From: Octopus sinensis
Taxonomy: Eukaryota
DNA: 64,000 nt
Direction: 5' to 3'
NCBI RefSeq assembly: GCF_006345805.1
Contig: NC_043025.1
Coordinates: 6,014,001-6,078,000 of the forward strand
This document shows positions 37,601-50,589 of this stretch, one piece after another. Each line of letters opens with the position of its first letter. Position 1 is the stretch's first letter. The position numbers were made by a program, and so were the translations under genes. Under the pieces are notes generated by a model. The model made no database searches. It saw only the letters and a list, made by a program, of their open reading frames with translations, and was not told the DNA's origin.

Positions 37601-38484
37601 GAACCATGTGGTTGGGAAGCAAGCTTCTTGCCACACAGCCACGCCAATATTTATTTATTATTTATTATAAGTGTAAACAAACTAATGTTTGTTATAGAAG
37701 CGTTGAAATGTGTACTGCAAGATATAAATAAACAGATATAACAGCAGAGGCGCAATGGTCCAGTGGATAGGGCAACGGACTCGTGGTTGTAGGATAGTGG
37801 TTTCGATTCCCAGACCGGGCATTGTGTTTATTGAGCGAAAACACCTAAAACCCCACAAGGCTCTGGCAGGGGGTGGTGGTGAACCCTGCTGTACTCTTTC
37901 ACCACAACTTTCTCTCACTTGTCACACTCTGTGTCACGCTGAATCTCCCCGTGAACTACGTTAAGGGTACACGTGTCTGTGGAGTGCTCAGCCACTTGCA
38001 CATTAATAAATGAGCTGCGATGTGACTGGTGCCAAGCTGTATCGGCCCCTTTGCCTTTCCCTTGGATAACATCTATTTCTTTACTACCCACAGAGAGGAC
38101 AAACAAGGACAGACAAAGGAATTAAGTCGATTACATCGACCCCAGTGCGTAACTGGTACTTATTTAATCGGATTCTGCCAGCTCGCCGCCTGGCATGGAG
38201 AGGAGAGGCTGGTGTGCATGGGCGACTGCCGGCCTTCCATAAAAGCAACCTTGCCCAGACTTGTGCCTCGGAGGGTAACTTTCTAGGTGCAATCCCATGG
38301 TCATTCATGACCGAAGGGAGTCACAAGATATAACAGCAGAAATTCGATAAGGTCCCACTGTGTGACATCTTGGGCAAGTGTCTTCTACTATAGCCCCGGG
38401 CTGACCAATGCCTTGTGAGTGGATTTGGTAGACGGAAACTGGAAGAAGCCTGTCGTATATATGTATGTGTGTATATGTTTGTGT

Positions 38485-39870
38485 GTCATACCCCTTGTTA
38501 TATCAATTGTTGTGGTAGTATCCCTTATATCCCTTGATGTGGTAGTAACCCTCATACCCCTTGTTATATCAATTGTTGTGGTAGTATCCCTTATATCCCT
38601 TGATGTGGTAGTATCCCTTATATCCCTTGATGTGGTAGTATCCCTTGATGTGGTAGTAACCCTCATACCCCTTGTTATATCAATTGTTGTGGTAGTATCC
38701 CTTATATCCCTTGATGTGGTAGTATCCCTTATATCCCTTGATGTGGTAGTATCCCTTATATCCCTTGATGTGGTAGTAACCCTCATACCCCTTGTTATAT
38801 CAATTGTTGTGGTAGTATCCCTTATATCCCTTGATGTGGTAGTATCCCTTAATGTGGTAGTATCCCTTATATCCCTTGATGTGGTAGTATCCCTTAAATC
38901 CCTTGATGTGGTAGTAACCCTCATACCCCTTGTTATATCAATTGTTGTGGTAGTATCCCTTATATCCCTTGATGTGGTAGTATCCCTTGATGTGGTAGTA
39001 TCCCTTATATCCTTGATGTGGTAGTATCCCTTATATCCCTTGATGTGGTAGTAACCCTCATACCCCTTGTTATATCAATTGTTGTGGTAGTATCCCTTGA
39101 TGTGGTAGTATCCCTTATATCCCTTGATGTGGTAGTATCCCTATATCCCTTGATATGGTAGTATCCCTTATATCCCTTGATGTGGTAGTATCCCTTAATG
39201 TGGTAGTATCCCTTATATCCCTTGATGTTGTAGTATCCCTTAAATCCCTTGATGTGGTAGTAACCCTCATACCCCTTGTTATATCAATTGTTGTGGTAGT
39301 ATCCCTTATTATATATCTTCTGTTATGTCCCTTGTTGTGGTAGTACCCCTTATATCCCTTGATGTGGTAGTACCCCTTATATCCTTTGATGTGGTAGTAT
39401 CCCTTATATCCCTTGATGTGGTAGTAACCCTCATACCCCTTGTTATATCAATTGTTGTGGTAGTATCCCTTATTATATATCTTCTGTTATGTCCCTTGTT
39501 GTGGTAGCATCCCTTATATCCCTTGACGTTAGAGTATCCCTTGTTATATATCTTCTGTTATGTCCCTTGTTGTGGTAGTATCCCTTATATCCCTTGTTAT
39601 AACCCTTGACGTTAGAGTATCCCTTATTATATATCTTCTGTTATGTCCCTTGTTGTGGTAGTATCCCTTATATCCCTTGTTATATATCTTCTGTTATGTC
39701 CCTTGTTGTGGTAGTATCCCTTATATCCCCTGTTATATATCTTCTGTTGTCCCTTGTTGTGGTAGTATCCCTTATTATAACCCTTGACGTTAGAGTATCC
39801 CTTATTATATATCTTCTGTTATGTCCCTTGTGGTAGTATCCCTATCCCTTGTTATAACCCTTGACGTTAG
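38485..39870. repeat. Compound minisatellite built from GTGGTAGTATCCCTT / ATATCCCTTGAT modules
   Basis: Directly visible 15-, 27- and 39-bp modules; composition drifts toward ATATATCTTCTGTTATGTCCC and TTGACGTTAGAGT variants on the right. Confidence 0.95.
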
Positions 39871-40771
39871 AGTATCCGATTCGTGTAAACCCCACTTTCT
39901 GTTATTCTTTTACTTGTTTCAATCATTTGACTTTGGCCATACTGGGGCACTGCCTTTAGCCAAACAAATCGACCCCAGGACTTATTCGTTGTAAGGCTAG
40001 TACTTATTTCATCGGTCTCTTTTGCCGAGCTGCTAGGTTACAGGGACGTAAACACACCATCATCGGATGTCAAGCGATGGTGGTGGGGACATACAGACCC
40101 ACAAATACATACATATGTGTGTGTATAACAGGCTTCATTCAGTTTCCATCTACCAAATCCACTCACAAGGCTTTGGTTGGCCTATGGCTTGTCCAAGGTT
40201 CCACGGAGTGGGACTGAACCCAGAACTGTGCGGTTGGTAAGTGAGCTACTTACCACACAGCAACTCTGTTTTTGTTTACTCTTTACTCTTTTACTTGTCT
40301 CAGTCATTTGACTGCGGCCATGCTGGAGCACCGCCTTTAGTCGAGCAAATCGACCCCGATTCTTTGTAAGCCCAGTACTTATTCTATCGATCTCTTTTTG
40401 CCGAACTGCTAAGTGACGGGGGACGTAAACACACCAGCATCGGTTGTCAAGCGATGGTGGTGAAACAAACACACACACACAAACATATATATATACATAT
40501 ATACGACAGGCTTCTTTCAGTTTCCGTCTACCAAATCCACTCACAAGGCTTTGGTCGGCCCAAGGCTATAGCAGAAGACACTTGTCCAAGGTACCACGCA
40601 GTGGGACTGAACCCAGAACCGTGTGGTTGGTAAACAAGCTACTTACCACACAGCAACACTGTTTTTGCATTTTTTTTTTGTTTTTGTTTCATCTTTTGTC
40701 CCCTCCATGTCTTGCACCTTAAAGGTCAATAAAAAAAATCATTACTGTTAACTCTCTCCTGTACTTGATAG

Positions 40772-41383
40772 GAGAGTCCAGTTTGCTGGACATTGTTGTA
40801 GAGCTGAAAAATAGGTAATTTCTACTCTCCTCCTCTGGAAGCCATCTACTCGCGATACCAGAGGGCGCACACTTTTCGAGAGGCAGTGAATGGATGGAAC
40901 CTACACTTGCCTCCTTATGAGAGCTCAAAATCTCTCGTGGAAGCGTCATCCAACCAAAATGCAAATATATGGGAAACTACCACCTGTGTCATCTCTTGTG
41001 AAAGGTAGCAGAGTCCAGTTTGCTGGACATTGTTGTAGAGCTGAAAAATAGGTAATTTCTACTCTTCTCCTCTGGAAGCCATCTACTCGCGATACCAGAG
41101 GGCGCACACTCTCCTACCCTGATGTAATCTCCAGGGATACAGGCATCCAGCAACAGGACCTCCGTAATGCCATGATGGACCGTGAAGTCTGGCGTAGCAT
41201 GGTAAATTCCATTGTCTCGACCACGATTGCAATACCAGAGGGTGCACACTCTCCTACCCTGATGTAATCTCCAGGGATACAGGCATCCAGCAACAGGACC
41301 TCCGTAATGCCATGATGGACTGTGAAGTCTGGCGTAGCGTGGTAAATTCCATTGTCTCGACCACGGTCGAACAATGATGATGA
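40772..41383 (+). mobile_element. RTE-X-like LINE 3' end with internal duplications and (TGA)n tail
   Basis: From 40893 it reads DGTYTCLLMRAQNLSWKRHPT..IYGKLPPVS..VQFAGHC.RA..*..LLLWKP..RGRTLSYPD...RDTG...DL...MMDREVWR, a typical RTE/RTE-X C-terminus. 40772-40872 and 41233-41365 duplicate internal parts. Confidence 0.8.
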
Positions 41384-41588
41384 GGATTGCTTGGCCATTG
41401 TAAACGGGACATGGAGTAAACTGCTGAAATATCAAAATTTAAAGAATACACAGTAACAGGGAAAAAAATAAAATAATCATAATAATAAAAACAAAAAACA
41501 AGGGTTTATTGGTCTTTTGAAGCTGATTTAAAAGGTATTAAGATGTAGGTTCCATATGAGAAAATGTGTGTATGTATATTTATATATA

Positions 41589-41661
<73 letters not shown>

Positions 41662-42099
41662 TCATGTGTATCGTTTCAGTCATTGGACGGCGGCCATTCT
41701 GGGGCACCACCGCCCTGAGGGATTTCGTCAAACAAAATGGCCCCAGGACTCATTTGTTTTGTTTATTTTTTTTCTTGTCCTTCTTTTAAAGTCCGGTATT
41801 TTTCCTAATGGTTCTCTCACTGGCAAAACCACTGGGTCGCGTGGGACGTAAACAAACCAACACCGGTCGTCAAGCGATGTAGGGGCGGGGTGGGGGGCAA
41901 ACAGAAACGCAGACACAAAAACTCCCATATGCACATGCACAAAAGGCTTCCAGACAGTCTCCATTTGCCAAGTTCATCCACAAGGCATTCATCGGTCAGT
42001 CCGCGGCTACTGTAGGGGACAGATGTCCAAGGTGCCATTCGGTGGGACTGACCCCAAGACCACATGGTTACAAAGCAAACACCTTATTCACACAGCCAT

Positions 42100-42292
42100 T
42101 TATATATATATGTGTACACATACATATATATATACACATACATACAAACATACATACACACACACATACATACATATATACACGCCTATATATGTACATA
42201 CACATACATACATATGCATACACATACATATATATGCATACACATACATATATGCATACATACACATACATATATCTAGATACACACATATG

Positions 42293-42330
<38 letters not shown>

Positions 42331-42573
42331 TATATGTACGTATATATATTTATGCATGTATACACACACACATATATACGCATGTATATATGTGTATGTA
42401 TGTATGTATGTATATATAAACACACACACATATATACATGTGTGTAAGTGTGTATATATATATACACACACACCACATACACACACACATCTGTATGAAT
42501 TCTTAAAACATTATGACACTGCATTAATAATGGTCAGATACATGTATAAAACAGCTTGCATGCAATAATAATA

Positions 42574-42625
<52 letters not shown>

Positions 42626-42627
42626 TG

Positions 42628-42659
<32 letters not shown>

Positions 42660-42720
42660 TGATAATAATAATAATAATAATATTAAATAATGATAATAAT
42701 AATAATAATATTGTTCGAAT
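42100..42720. repeat. (CA/TA)n and (AAT)n microsatellites
   Basis: Directly visible. Confidence 0.95.
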
Positions 42721-43468
42721 TTTTAAATAAAAAAAAAAAAAAAAAAATTGAAAGTACATTCCCGAACAGTTTTGTGACATTGCAAGCAAGCTTTTTCTTC
42801 TATCTTGTGTTTGTGTGTTTGTATGTGTGTGTGTACGTCTAGTTTTTCCTCTCTCTTCTCACAAAGAAGCGAACTATTTCTCTTCTGCAGCGTAGTGACA
42901 TTGACGTTAACAAGACGCGTAAAAGGGTCGAACGGCGTAGAAATCTAAACACAAGTGAATAGTCTCGAGGAAACTATTTTCACACAGCAACTCTCTTATG
43001 GTCCTTTTTTTTCCTTTTTTTTTCCAGTCAGTGTATTATTATTATTATTATTATTATTTTGTCTTTTACACTTGTTCCAGTCATTGTACTGCGGCCATGC
43101 TGGGGCACTGCCTTGAAGAATTTCTGTTAAACAAGTCAACACCAGTACTCTTTTTTTTTTTTTTTTGTAAAATCTGGTACATATTCTATTGGTCTTTTTT
43201 TGCCGAACCGCTACGTTATGGGGATGTTAACAAACCAACACTGGTTTCCAAACAGTGACAGAGAACAAACACAACATACACTCACATATACACACACACA
43301 TATATATATAAATATGTGAAGGGCTTCGACACAGTTTCTTCCCAACCAAATTCACTCAAGAGGCTTTGGTTGACCCAAGGCTATAAGTAGACGACACTGC
43401 CACACTGTGAGACTGAACTCAGAATCCAAGGGTTACAAAGTGAGCTTCATAACCACACAAATAAGCCA

Positions 43469-43501
<33 letters not shown>

Positions 43502-43656
43502 ATTGTTGTTGTTGTTGTTGTTTTCTGTGGTCCCCCACCCCCAAATATTTAAGTCGGAAACAAAGAGAGTGGTGGGGAGTAAACAGAAAATTGCCCCAGG
43601 ATGATGTAGAAAACCAAAAAAATGAGATTCTGTGATTAGAAAACGAAGGCTTGCAA

Positions 43657-43912
43657 TTATGTTCTGAGGTGGTGGCCATGGTCGTGGTAGTGGTGGTGGG
43701 GCAACAATTTGAAGTTGCTGTACTTGTTGCTGTCCCCGACCCCCACCCGGCAGTTTCCTTCTAGAAAGTTCTCTCTGCTTGCACGCACACTGTTGCGGTT
43801 GCACCTGACAACGGCTGCATCCACTGCTGTTGTTGTTGTTGTTTGTGGTGGTGATGGCGTGGTGGCTTGTCTTAACCAGAGGTGATGGTCATTGCCAGTT
43901 TCTTCTTGCCTC
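43657..43912 (-). CDS. Candidate (terminal) exon; frame uncertain
   Basis: Strong acceptor TATTTTCTCTTCAG|GAG followed by GC-richer unique sequence. The phase-2 frame is open for 84 codons; the phase-1 frame gives GGKKKLAMTITSG*. Confidence 0.4.
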
Positions 43913-43944
43913 CTGAAGAGAAAATATTTATTTAGTAATTTTAA

Positions 43945-44631
43945 AATAATAATAATAATAATAATAAATAAAAATAATAACAATTATAATAAATAATAAT
44001 AATAATAACAATAAATAAAAATAACAATAATAATAATAATAATAAATAAAAATAATAACAATTATAATAAATAATAATAATAATAACAATAAATAAAAAT
44101 AACAATAATAATAATAATAATAAATAAAAATAATAGCAAAAATAATACATAATAACAATAATAATAATAATAAATAAAAATAATAACAATAATAATAAAT
44201 AATAATAACAATAATAAATAATAACAATAATAATAATAATAAATAAAAATAATAACAAAAATAATAAATAATAATAATAACAATAATAATAATAATAAAT
44301 AAAAATAATAACAATAATAATAAATAATAATAACAATAATAAATAATAACAATAATAATAATAAATAAAAATAACAAAAATAATAAATAATAATAACAAT
44401 AATAATAATAATAAATAAAAATAATAACAATAATAATAATAATAACAATAATAAATAACAATAATAATAATAATAAATAAAAATAATAACAAAAATAATA
44501 AATAATAATAATAACAATAATAATAATAATAAATAAAAATAATAACAAAAATAATAAATAATAATAATAACAATAATAATAATAATAAATAAAAATAATA
44601 ACAATAATAATAAATAATAATAATAATAATA

Positions 44632-44662
<31 letters not shown>

Positions 44663-44732
44663 AATAATAACAATAATAATAAATAATAATAATAATAACA
44701 ATAAATAAAAATAATAATAATAATAATAATAA
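43945..44732. repeat. (AAT/AAC)n microsatellite with AATAAATAAAAATAAC higher-order units
   Basis: Directly visible. Confidence 0.97.
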
Positions 44733-45370
44733 TGGTTCCAAATTTTGGCACAAGGCTAGCAGTTTCAGAGAAGGGACTAAGTTGGTTACATCAACCCTCA
44801 GTATTCAACTGGTACTTATTTTATCAACCCTGAAAGGATGAAAAGCAAAAGTCAACCTTGACGGAATTTGAACTCAGAATGTAAAGGCAGGTGAAATTCC
44901 AGTGAGCATTTTGCTCAGCATGCTAACAATTTAGCCAACCTGCTATCTAGAGGATGCTAATACTCTTTACTCTTTTACTTGTTTCAGTCATTTGACTACG
45001 GCCATGCTGGAGCACCGCCTTTTAGTCGAGCAAATCGACGCCGGGACTTATTCTTTTGTAAGCCCAGTACTTATTCTATCGGTCTCTTTTGCCGAACCGC
45101 TAAGTGACGGGGATGTAAACACACCAGCATTGGTAGTCAAGCAATGCTAGGAGGACAAACAGACACACAAACACACACATATATATATATATATATATAC
45201 ATATATATGACAGGCTTCTTTCAGTTTCCGTCTACCAAATCCACTCACAAGGCATTGGTCGGCCCGAGGCTATAGCAGAAGACACTTGCCCAAGATGCCA
45301 TGCAGTGGGACTGAACCCGGAACTGTGTGGCTGGTTAGCAAGCTACTTACCACACAGCCACTCCTACGCC

Positions 45371-45414
<44 letters not shown>

Positions 45415-45810
45415 TAATTCTTTTATTAGCCACAAGGGCTGACAAAAATTAATTACAACATAAAGGGACAAAACAGGACGAAAGGTTACAAAGGGTTTTG
45501 TCTGTTTGTAAAAAAGTGTAACAATGAAAAACTCCCAATAGCGGGAGGCGTTACAAAAGGTCCCTGGTGAAAAAAACCCATAAAAGCCATGGGAGCCTGG
45601 TCAAAAGGGGGCTAGAGAGCCCCTTTCTCCTTTTGTAATACCTTTTTAAATTACAGGTGTATCCTCAGAATGGCTCCTTTCATACTGGCCATTCTTGCGA
45701 CATTTATACACCTTTCAGTAAACTTGCTATCGGACAGCACTTCCCTCTCTACCACTGATGCAGTACCAGACTGTGGCTCTCATGGTTTCTGATCTTAACT
45801 GAATGTGCCT

Positions 45811-46520
45811 GGATGGTCACAGCTGGAACATCTTTGATCACAGGTTGATTATAGGACTGACCAGGGGCTAAACAACAACGAGGAAGGAGCCTTTAGACAA
45901 TGTAATCCTAGATATACTTATGTTTGAATAAAAGTCAGGATGGTCACAGCTGGAATGTCATTGATCACAGGTTGATTATAGGACTGACCCGGGGCTAAAC
46001 AACAACGAGGCAGGAGCCATTAGACAATGTAATCCTAGATATACTTATGTTTGAATAAAAGTCAGGATGGTCACAGCTGGAACGTCATCGATCACAGGTT
46101 GATTATAGGACTGACCAGGGGCTAAACAACAACGAGGAAGGAGCCTTTAGACAATGTAATCCTAGATATACTTATGTTTGAATAAAAGTCAGGATGGTCA
46201 CAGCTGGAATGTCATTGATCACAGGTTGATTATAGGACTGACCAGGGGCTAAACAACAACGAGGAAGGAGCCTTTAGACAATGTAATCCTAGATATACTT
46301 ATGTTTGAATAAAAGTCAGGATGGTCACAGCTGGAACGTCATCGATCACAGGTTGATTATAGGACTGACCAGGGGCTAAACAACAACGAAGAAGGAGCCT
46401 TTAGACAATGTAATCCTAGATATACTTAAGTTTGAATAAAAGTCAGGATGGTCACAGTTGGAACGTCATCGATCACAGGTCCGCTATAGGAAGACCGACC
46501 CTGGGCTAATGAATAACAGC
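45811..46520. repeat. 127-bp tandem repeat, ~5.5 copies
   Basis: GGATGGTCACAG anchors at 45811, 45938, 46065, 46192, 46319 and 46446; diverged reverse-complement relatives at 51490-51790. Confidence 0.95.
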
Positions 46521-47375
46521 AACTACAAAATCCAACAGAGCAAAAAATAACTGGTTTCAAACGTCTCACACGTTGCAGCCTTTAAAAAGAAAACGTTGAC
46601 CAATATAGTTCTCGATATGGTATGTGTGAATAGACTGGATAGCCGTGGTTGGAACGCTTTTGATTACGGGTGTTGCTCACATCTGAACGACAACACAGAA
46701 CCTAGGTGGTGGCTGCAATTACCTCCCTTGAATATGGACAGTACTTCAGTAGTTACCTCCCTTATTCCAGCTCGGAAAGAAAATTCAATTTTTGAAGAAA
46801 GAGAAATTTCCGAAAGAAACGGGAGGGATTTAGCTGATGTTTCTAGCTATAGAAAAGACCTTGGGGTGGCTGTGAACAATAATGAATCTTTAATTATCTT
46901 TTATCTCCTTTTTGTTTCATTCATCTGATTGCGGCCACGCTGGGGCATAGCTTGAAGGGTTTTACTTAAACGAATCGACCTTGGCTTTTTTAAGCCTGGT
47001 ACTTATTCTATCGGTCTTTGTGGCCATCCTGACTTGTTCTATCAGTCTCTTTTGCCCCCGGTCTTCACGTCCCCATTGTGGGAACGTAAACAAACCAACA
47101 CCAGTTGTCAAGCGGTGGGGGGGGGGCAAACACAGACACACACACATATATATACTCTTTTAATTGTTTCAGTCATTTGACTGCGGCCATGCTGGAACAC
47201 CGCCTTTAGTCGAGCAACTCGACCCCGGGCCTTATTCTTTTGTAAGCCCAGTACTTATTCTATCGGTCTCTTTCGCCGAACCGCTAAGTAACGGGGACAT
47301 AAACACACCAGCATCGGTTGTCAAGCAATGCTAGGGGGACAAACACAGACACACAAACACACACACATGCACATA

Positions 47376-49534
47376 TCATCATCATCATCATCATCATTTA
47401 GCGTCCGTTTTCCATGCTAGCATGGGTTGGACGGTTCTACTGGGGTCTGTGAAGCCAGAAGGCTTCATCAGGCCCAGTCAAATCTGGCAGTGTTTCTACG
47501 GCTGGATGCCCTTCCTAACACCAACCACTCCGTGAGTGTAGTGGGTGCTTTTTACGTGCCACCCGCACTGGTGCCAGACAGAGCTGGCAAACGGCCACGA
47601 ACGGATGGTGCTTTTTATGTGCCACCGGCACGAGGGCCAGGCGAGGCTGGCAACGGACACGAAACGGGGCGGTGCTGGCAACGGTCGCGAAACGGAAAGT
47701 TCTCTTACATGCCACCGGCACTGGTAACACATCTGCAATTTCCATTGATCGATTTCCATTGATCGATTTCGATTCTGATCCTCACTTGCCTCAATGGGTC
47801 TTCACAAGCAGAGTTTCGACATGCCACCGGTACTGGTAGCACATCCGCAATTTCCATTGATCGATTTCGATTCTGATCCTCACTTGCCTCAACACGTCTT
47901 CACAAGTAGAGTTTTGTGTCCCAAGAAGGGAAGGTATGCATACGTAGGCTAGCTCCATCCCATGTAGAAGGCCACGGGTTGTGGACTCACTTGTCCTGCC
48001 GGGTCTTCTCGCGCACAGCACACTTCCAGAGGTCTCGGTCTCTAGTCATTTCCTCAGTGAGACCTAAAGTTCGAAGGTCGTGCTTCACCACCTCGTCCCA
48101 GGTTTTCCTGGGTCTGCCTCTTCCACAGGTTCCCTCAACCGCTAGGGTGTGGCACTTTTTCACACAACTATCTTCATCCATTCTCGCCACATGACCATAC
48201 CAGCGCAAACGTCTCTCTTGCACACCACAACTGATGCTTCTTAGGTCCAGCTTTTCTCTCAAGGTACTTACACTCTGCCGAGTGTGAGTACCGGCATTAC
48301 ACATCCATCGGAGCATACTGGCTTCATTTCTAGCGAGCTTACGCATATCCTCAGCAGTCACGGCCCATGTTTCACTGCCATGTAGCATGGCTGTTCGTAC
48401 ACACGCATCATACAGTCTGCCTTTCACTCTGTGCGAGAGGCCTTTTGTCACCAGCAGAGGTAAGAGCTCTCTGAACTTTGCCCAAGCTATTCTTACTCTA
48501 GCAGTTACACTTTCAGCACACCCACCCCCGCTGCTGACTTGGTCACCTAGGTAACGGAAACTATCAACTATTTCTAGTTTTTCTCCCTGGAAAGTGACGG
48601 AAGTTGGTCTCAGAGCATTTTCAGTGTTTATTGTTCCTGAGCATCTGCCACATACAAAAACCATCTTCCTAGTTAGCCTTCCTTTGACATTGCTGCATCT
48701 CTTATGTGTCCATAGCTTACACTTGGTGCATCTTATAGAGTTTCTACCTACACCTTTTCTACAGATCGAGCAGGGCCATCTACCTGAAGGTGTTTGTGAT
48801 TTGTCTACCTTCCTACTGATTACGACTTTGGTTTTAGCTAGATTGACTCTGAGGCCCTTCGATTCTAATCCTTGTTTCCACACCTGAAACTTCTCCTCCA
48901 GTTCTGATAGCGACTCAGCAATTAGAGCAAGGTCATCAGCATAGAGGAGCTCCCAAGGGCATCCTGTCTTGAATTCCTCCGTTATTGCCTGGAGGACTAT
49001 GATAAATAGGAGGGGGCTGAGTACTGAGCCTTGGTGGACCCCTACCTCTACCCGGAATTCTTCACTGTACTCATTTCCAACCCTCACCCTACTAGCGGCG
49101 TCCCTATACATGGCCCGCACAGCTCTCACTAACCATTCATCTATCCCTAGTTTTCTCATTGCCCACCAGATAAGGGATCGGGGGACCCTGTCGAAGGCTT
49201 TCTCCATGTCAACAAAAGCCAGGTACAGGGGCTTATCTTTGGCTAGGTATTTCTCCTGCAGCTGCCTTACCAGGAATATAGCATCAGTAGTACTTTTCCC
49301 TGGCACAAACCCAAACTGCATCTCATCTAAACTAACTCTCTCTCTAATTAGTTGGGCTATGACCCTCTCCGTAACCTTCATCACCTGGTCCAACAGCTTG
49401 ATACCTCTGTAGTTATTTGTATCTAGGGCATCACCTTTACCTTTGTAGCAGTTGACTATTATACTGCTACACCAGTCATTGGGTATGACCCCTTTGTGTA
49501 TCACCTGATTAACTATATGGGTGACTAGGCTATA
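47376..49534 (-). mobile_element. 5'-truncated RTE-clade LINE with uninterrupted reverse-transcriptase ORF (47987-49534), 3' UTR and (GAT)n tail
   Basis: KGKGD...NYRGIKLLD, QFGF, FVDMEKAFDRV, GVHQGSVLSPLLF, LLYADDL, FRYLG, RRLRWYGHV, GRPRKTW. Inserted between SINE-A halves 47155-47375 and 49531-49700. Confidence 0.97.
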
Positions 49535-49799
49535 CGACAGGCTTCTTTCAGTTTCCGTCTACCAAATCCACTCAAGGAGGCTTTGGTCGGCCCGGGGCTA
49601 TAGTAGAAGACACTTGCCCAAAGTGCCATGCAGTGGGACTGAACCCGGAACCATGTGGTTGGTTAGCAAGCTACTTACCACACAGCCACTCCTGCGCCTA
49701 TGTTACATTGGTAAAAAAGTTCTTGGACAACCAAGCCACCTTCAATCACGCAACTAATCAGGAGCAGCCAGCGTGTCTATTGTGATTATATACTGACTA

Positions 49800-50580
49800 G
49801 GCGGCGAGATGGCAGAAACGTTAGCACGCCGGACAAAATGCTTAGCGGTGTTTCGTCTGTCGTTACGTTCTGAGTTCAAATTCCGCCAAGGTCGACTTTG
49901 CCTTTCATCATTTCGGGGTCGATAAATAAAGTACCAGTGTCGCACTGGGGTCGATGTAATCGACTTAATACCTATGTCTGTCCTTGTTTGTCCCCTCTAT
50001 TTTTAGCCCCTTGTGGGTAATAAAGAAATAGGTATTTCATCTGTCGCTACGTTCTGAGTTCAAATTCCGCCGAGGTCGACTTTGCCTTTCATCATTTCGG
50101 GTTGATAAATAAAGTACCAGTGTCGCACTGGGGTCGATGTAATCGACTTAATACTTATGTCTGTCCTTGTTTGTCCCCTCTATGTTTAGCCCCTTGTGGG
50201 TAATAAAGAAATAGGTATTACGTCTGTCGTTACGTTCTGAGTTCAAATTAAGCCGAGGTCGACTTTGCCTTTCATCATTTCGGGGTCGATGAATAAAGTA
50301 CCAGTTACGCACTGGGGTCGATATAATCGACTTAATCCCTTTGTCTGTCCTTGTTTGTCCCCTCTATGTTTAGCCCCTTGTGGGTAATAAAGAAATAGGT
50401 ATTTCATCTGTCGCTACGTTCTGAGTTCAAATTCCGCCGAGGTCGACTTTGCCTTTCATCATTTCAGGTTGATAAATAAAGTACCAGTGTCGCACTGGGG
50501 TCGATGTAATCGACTTAATCCCTTTGTCTGTCCTTGTTTGTCCCCTCTGTGTTTGGCCCCTTGTGGGTAATAAAGAAATA
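49800..50580 (+). mobile_element. SINE-B with one head and four tandem ~184-bp bodies
   Basis: Unit starts at 49847, 50031, 50214 and 50398. Confidence 0.92.
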
Positions 50581-50589
50581 TATATAAAG

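Noticed and set aside
42740-42860. C2H2 zinc-finger look-alike HIQTHKHKIEEKACLQCHKT on the minus strand
   Set aside because: The His residues derive from a CA microsatellite, and there is no TGEKP linker or second finger.
46596-46928. 110-aa ORF with KDLGV resembling a CR1/L2 RT C-terminus
   Set aside because: This is a single short motif with no other RT motifs nearby, which is insufficient.
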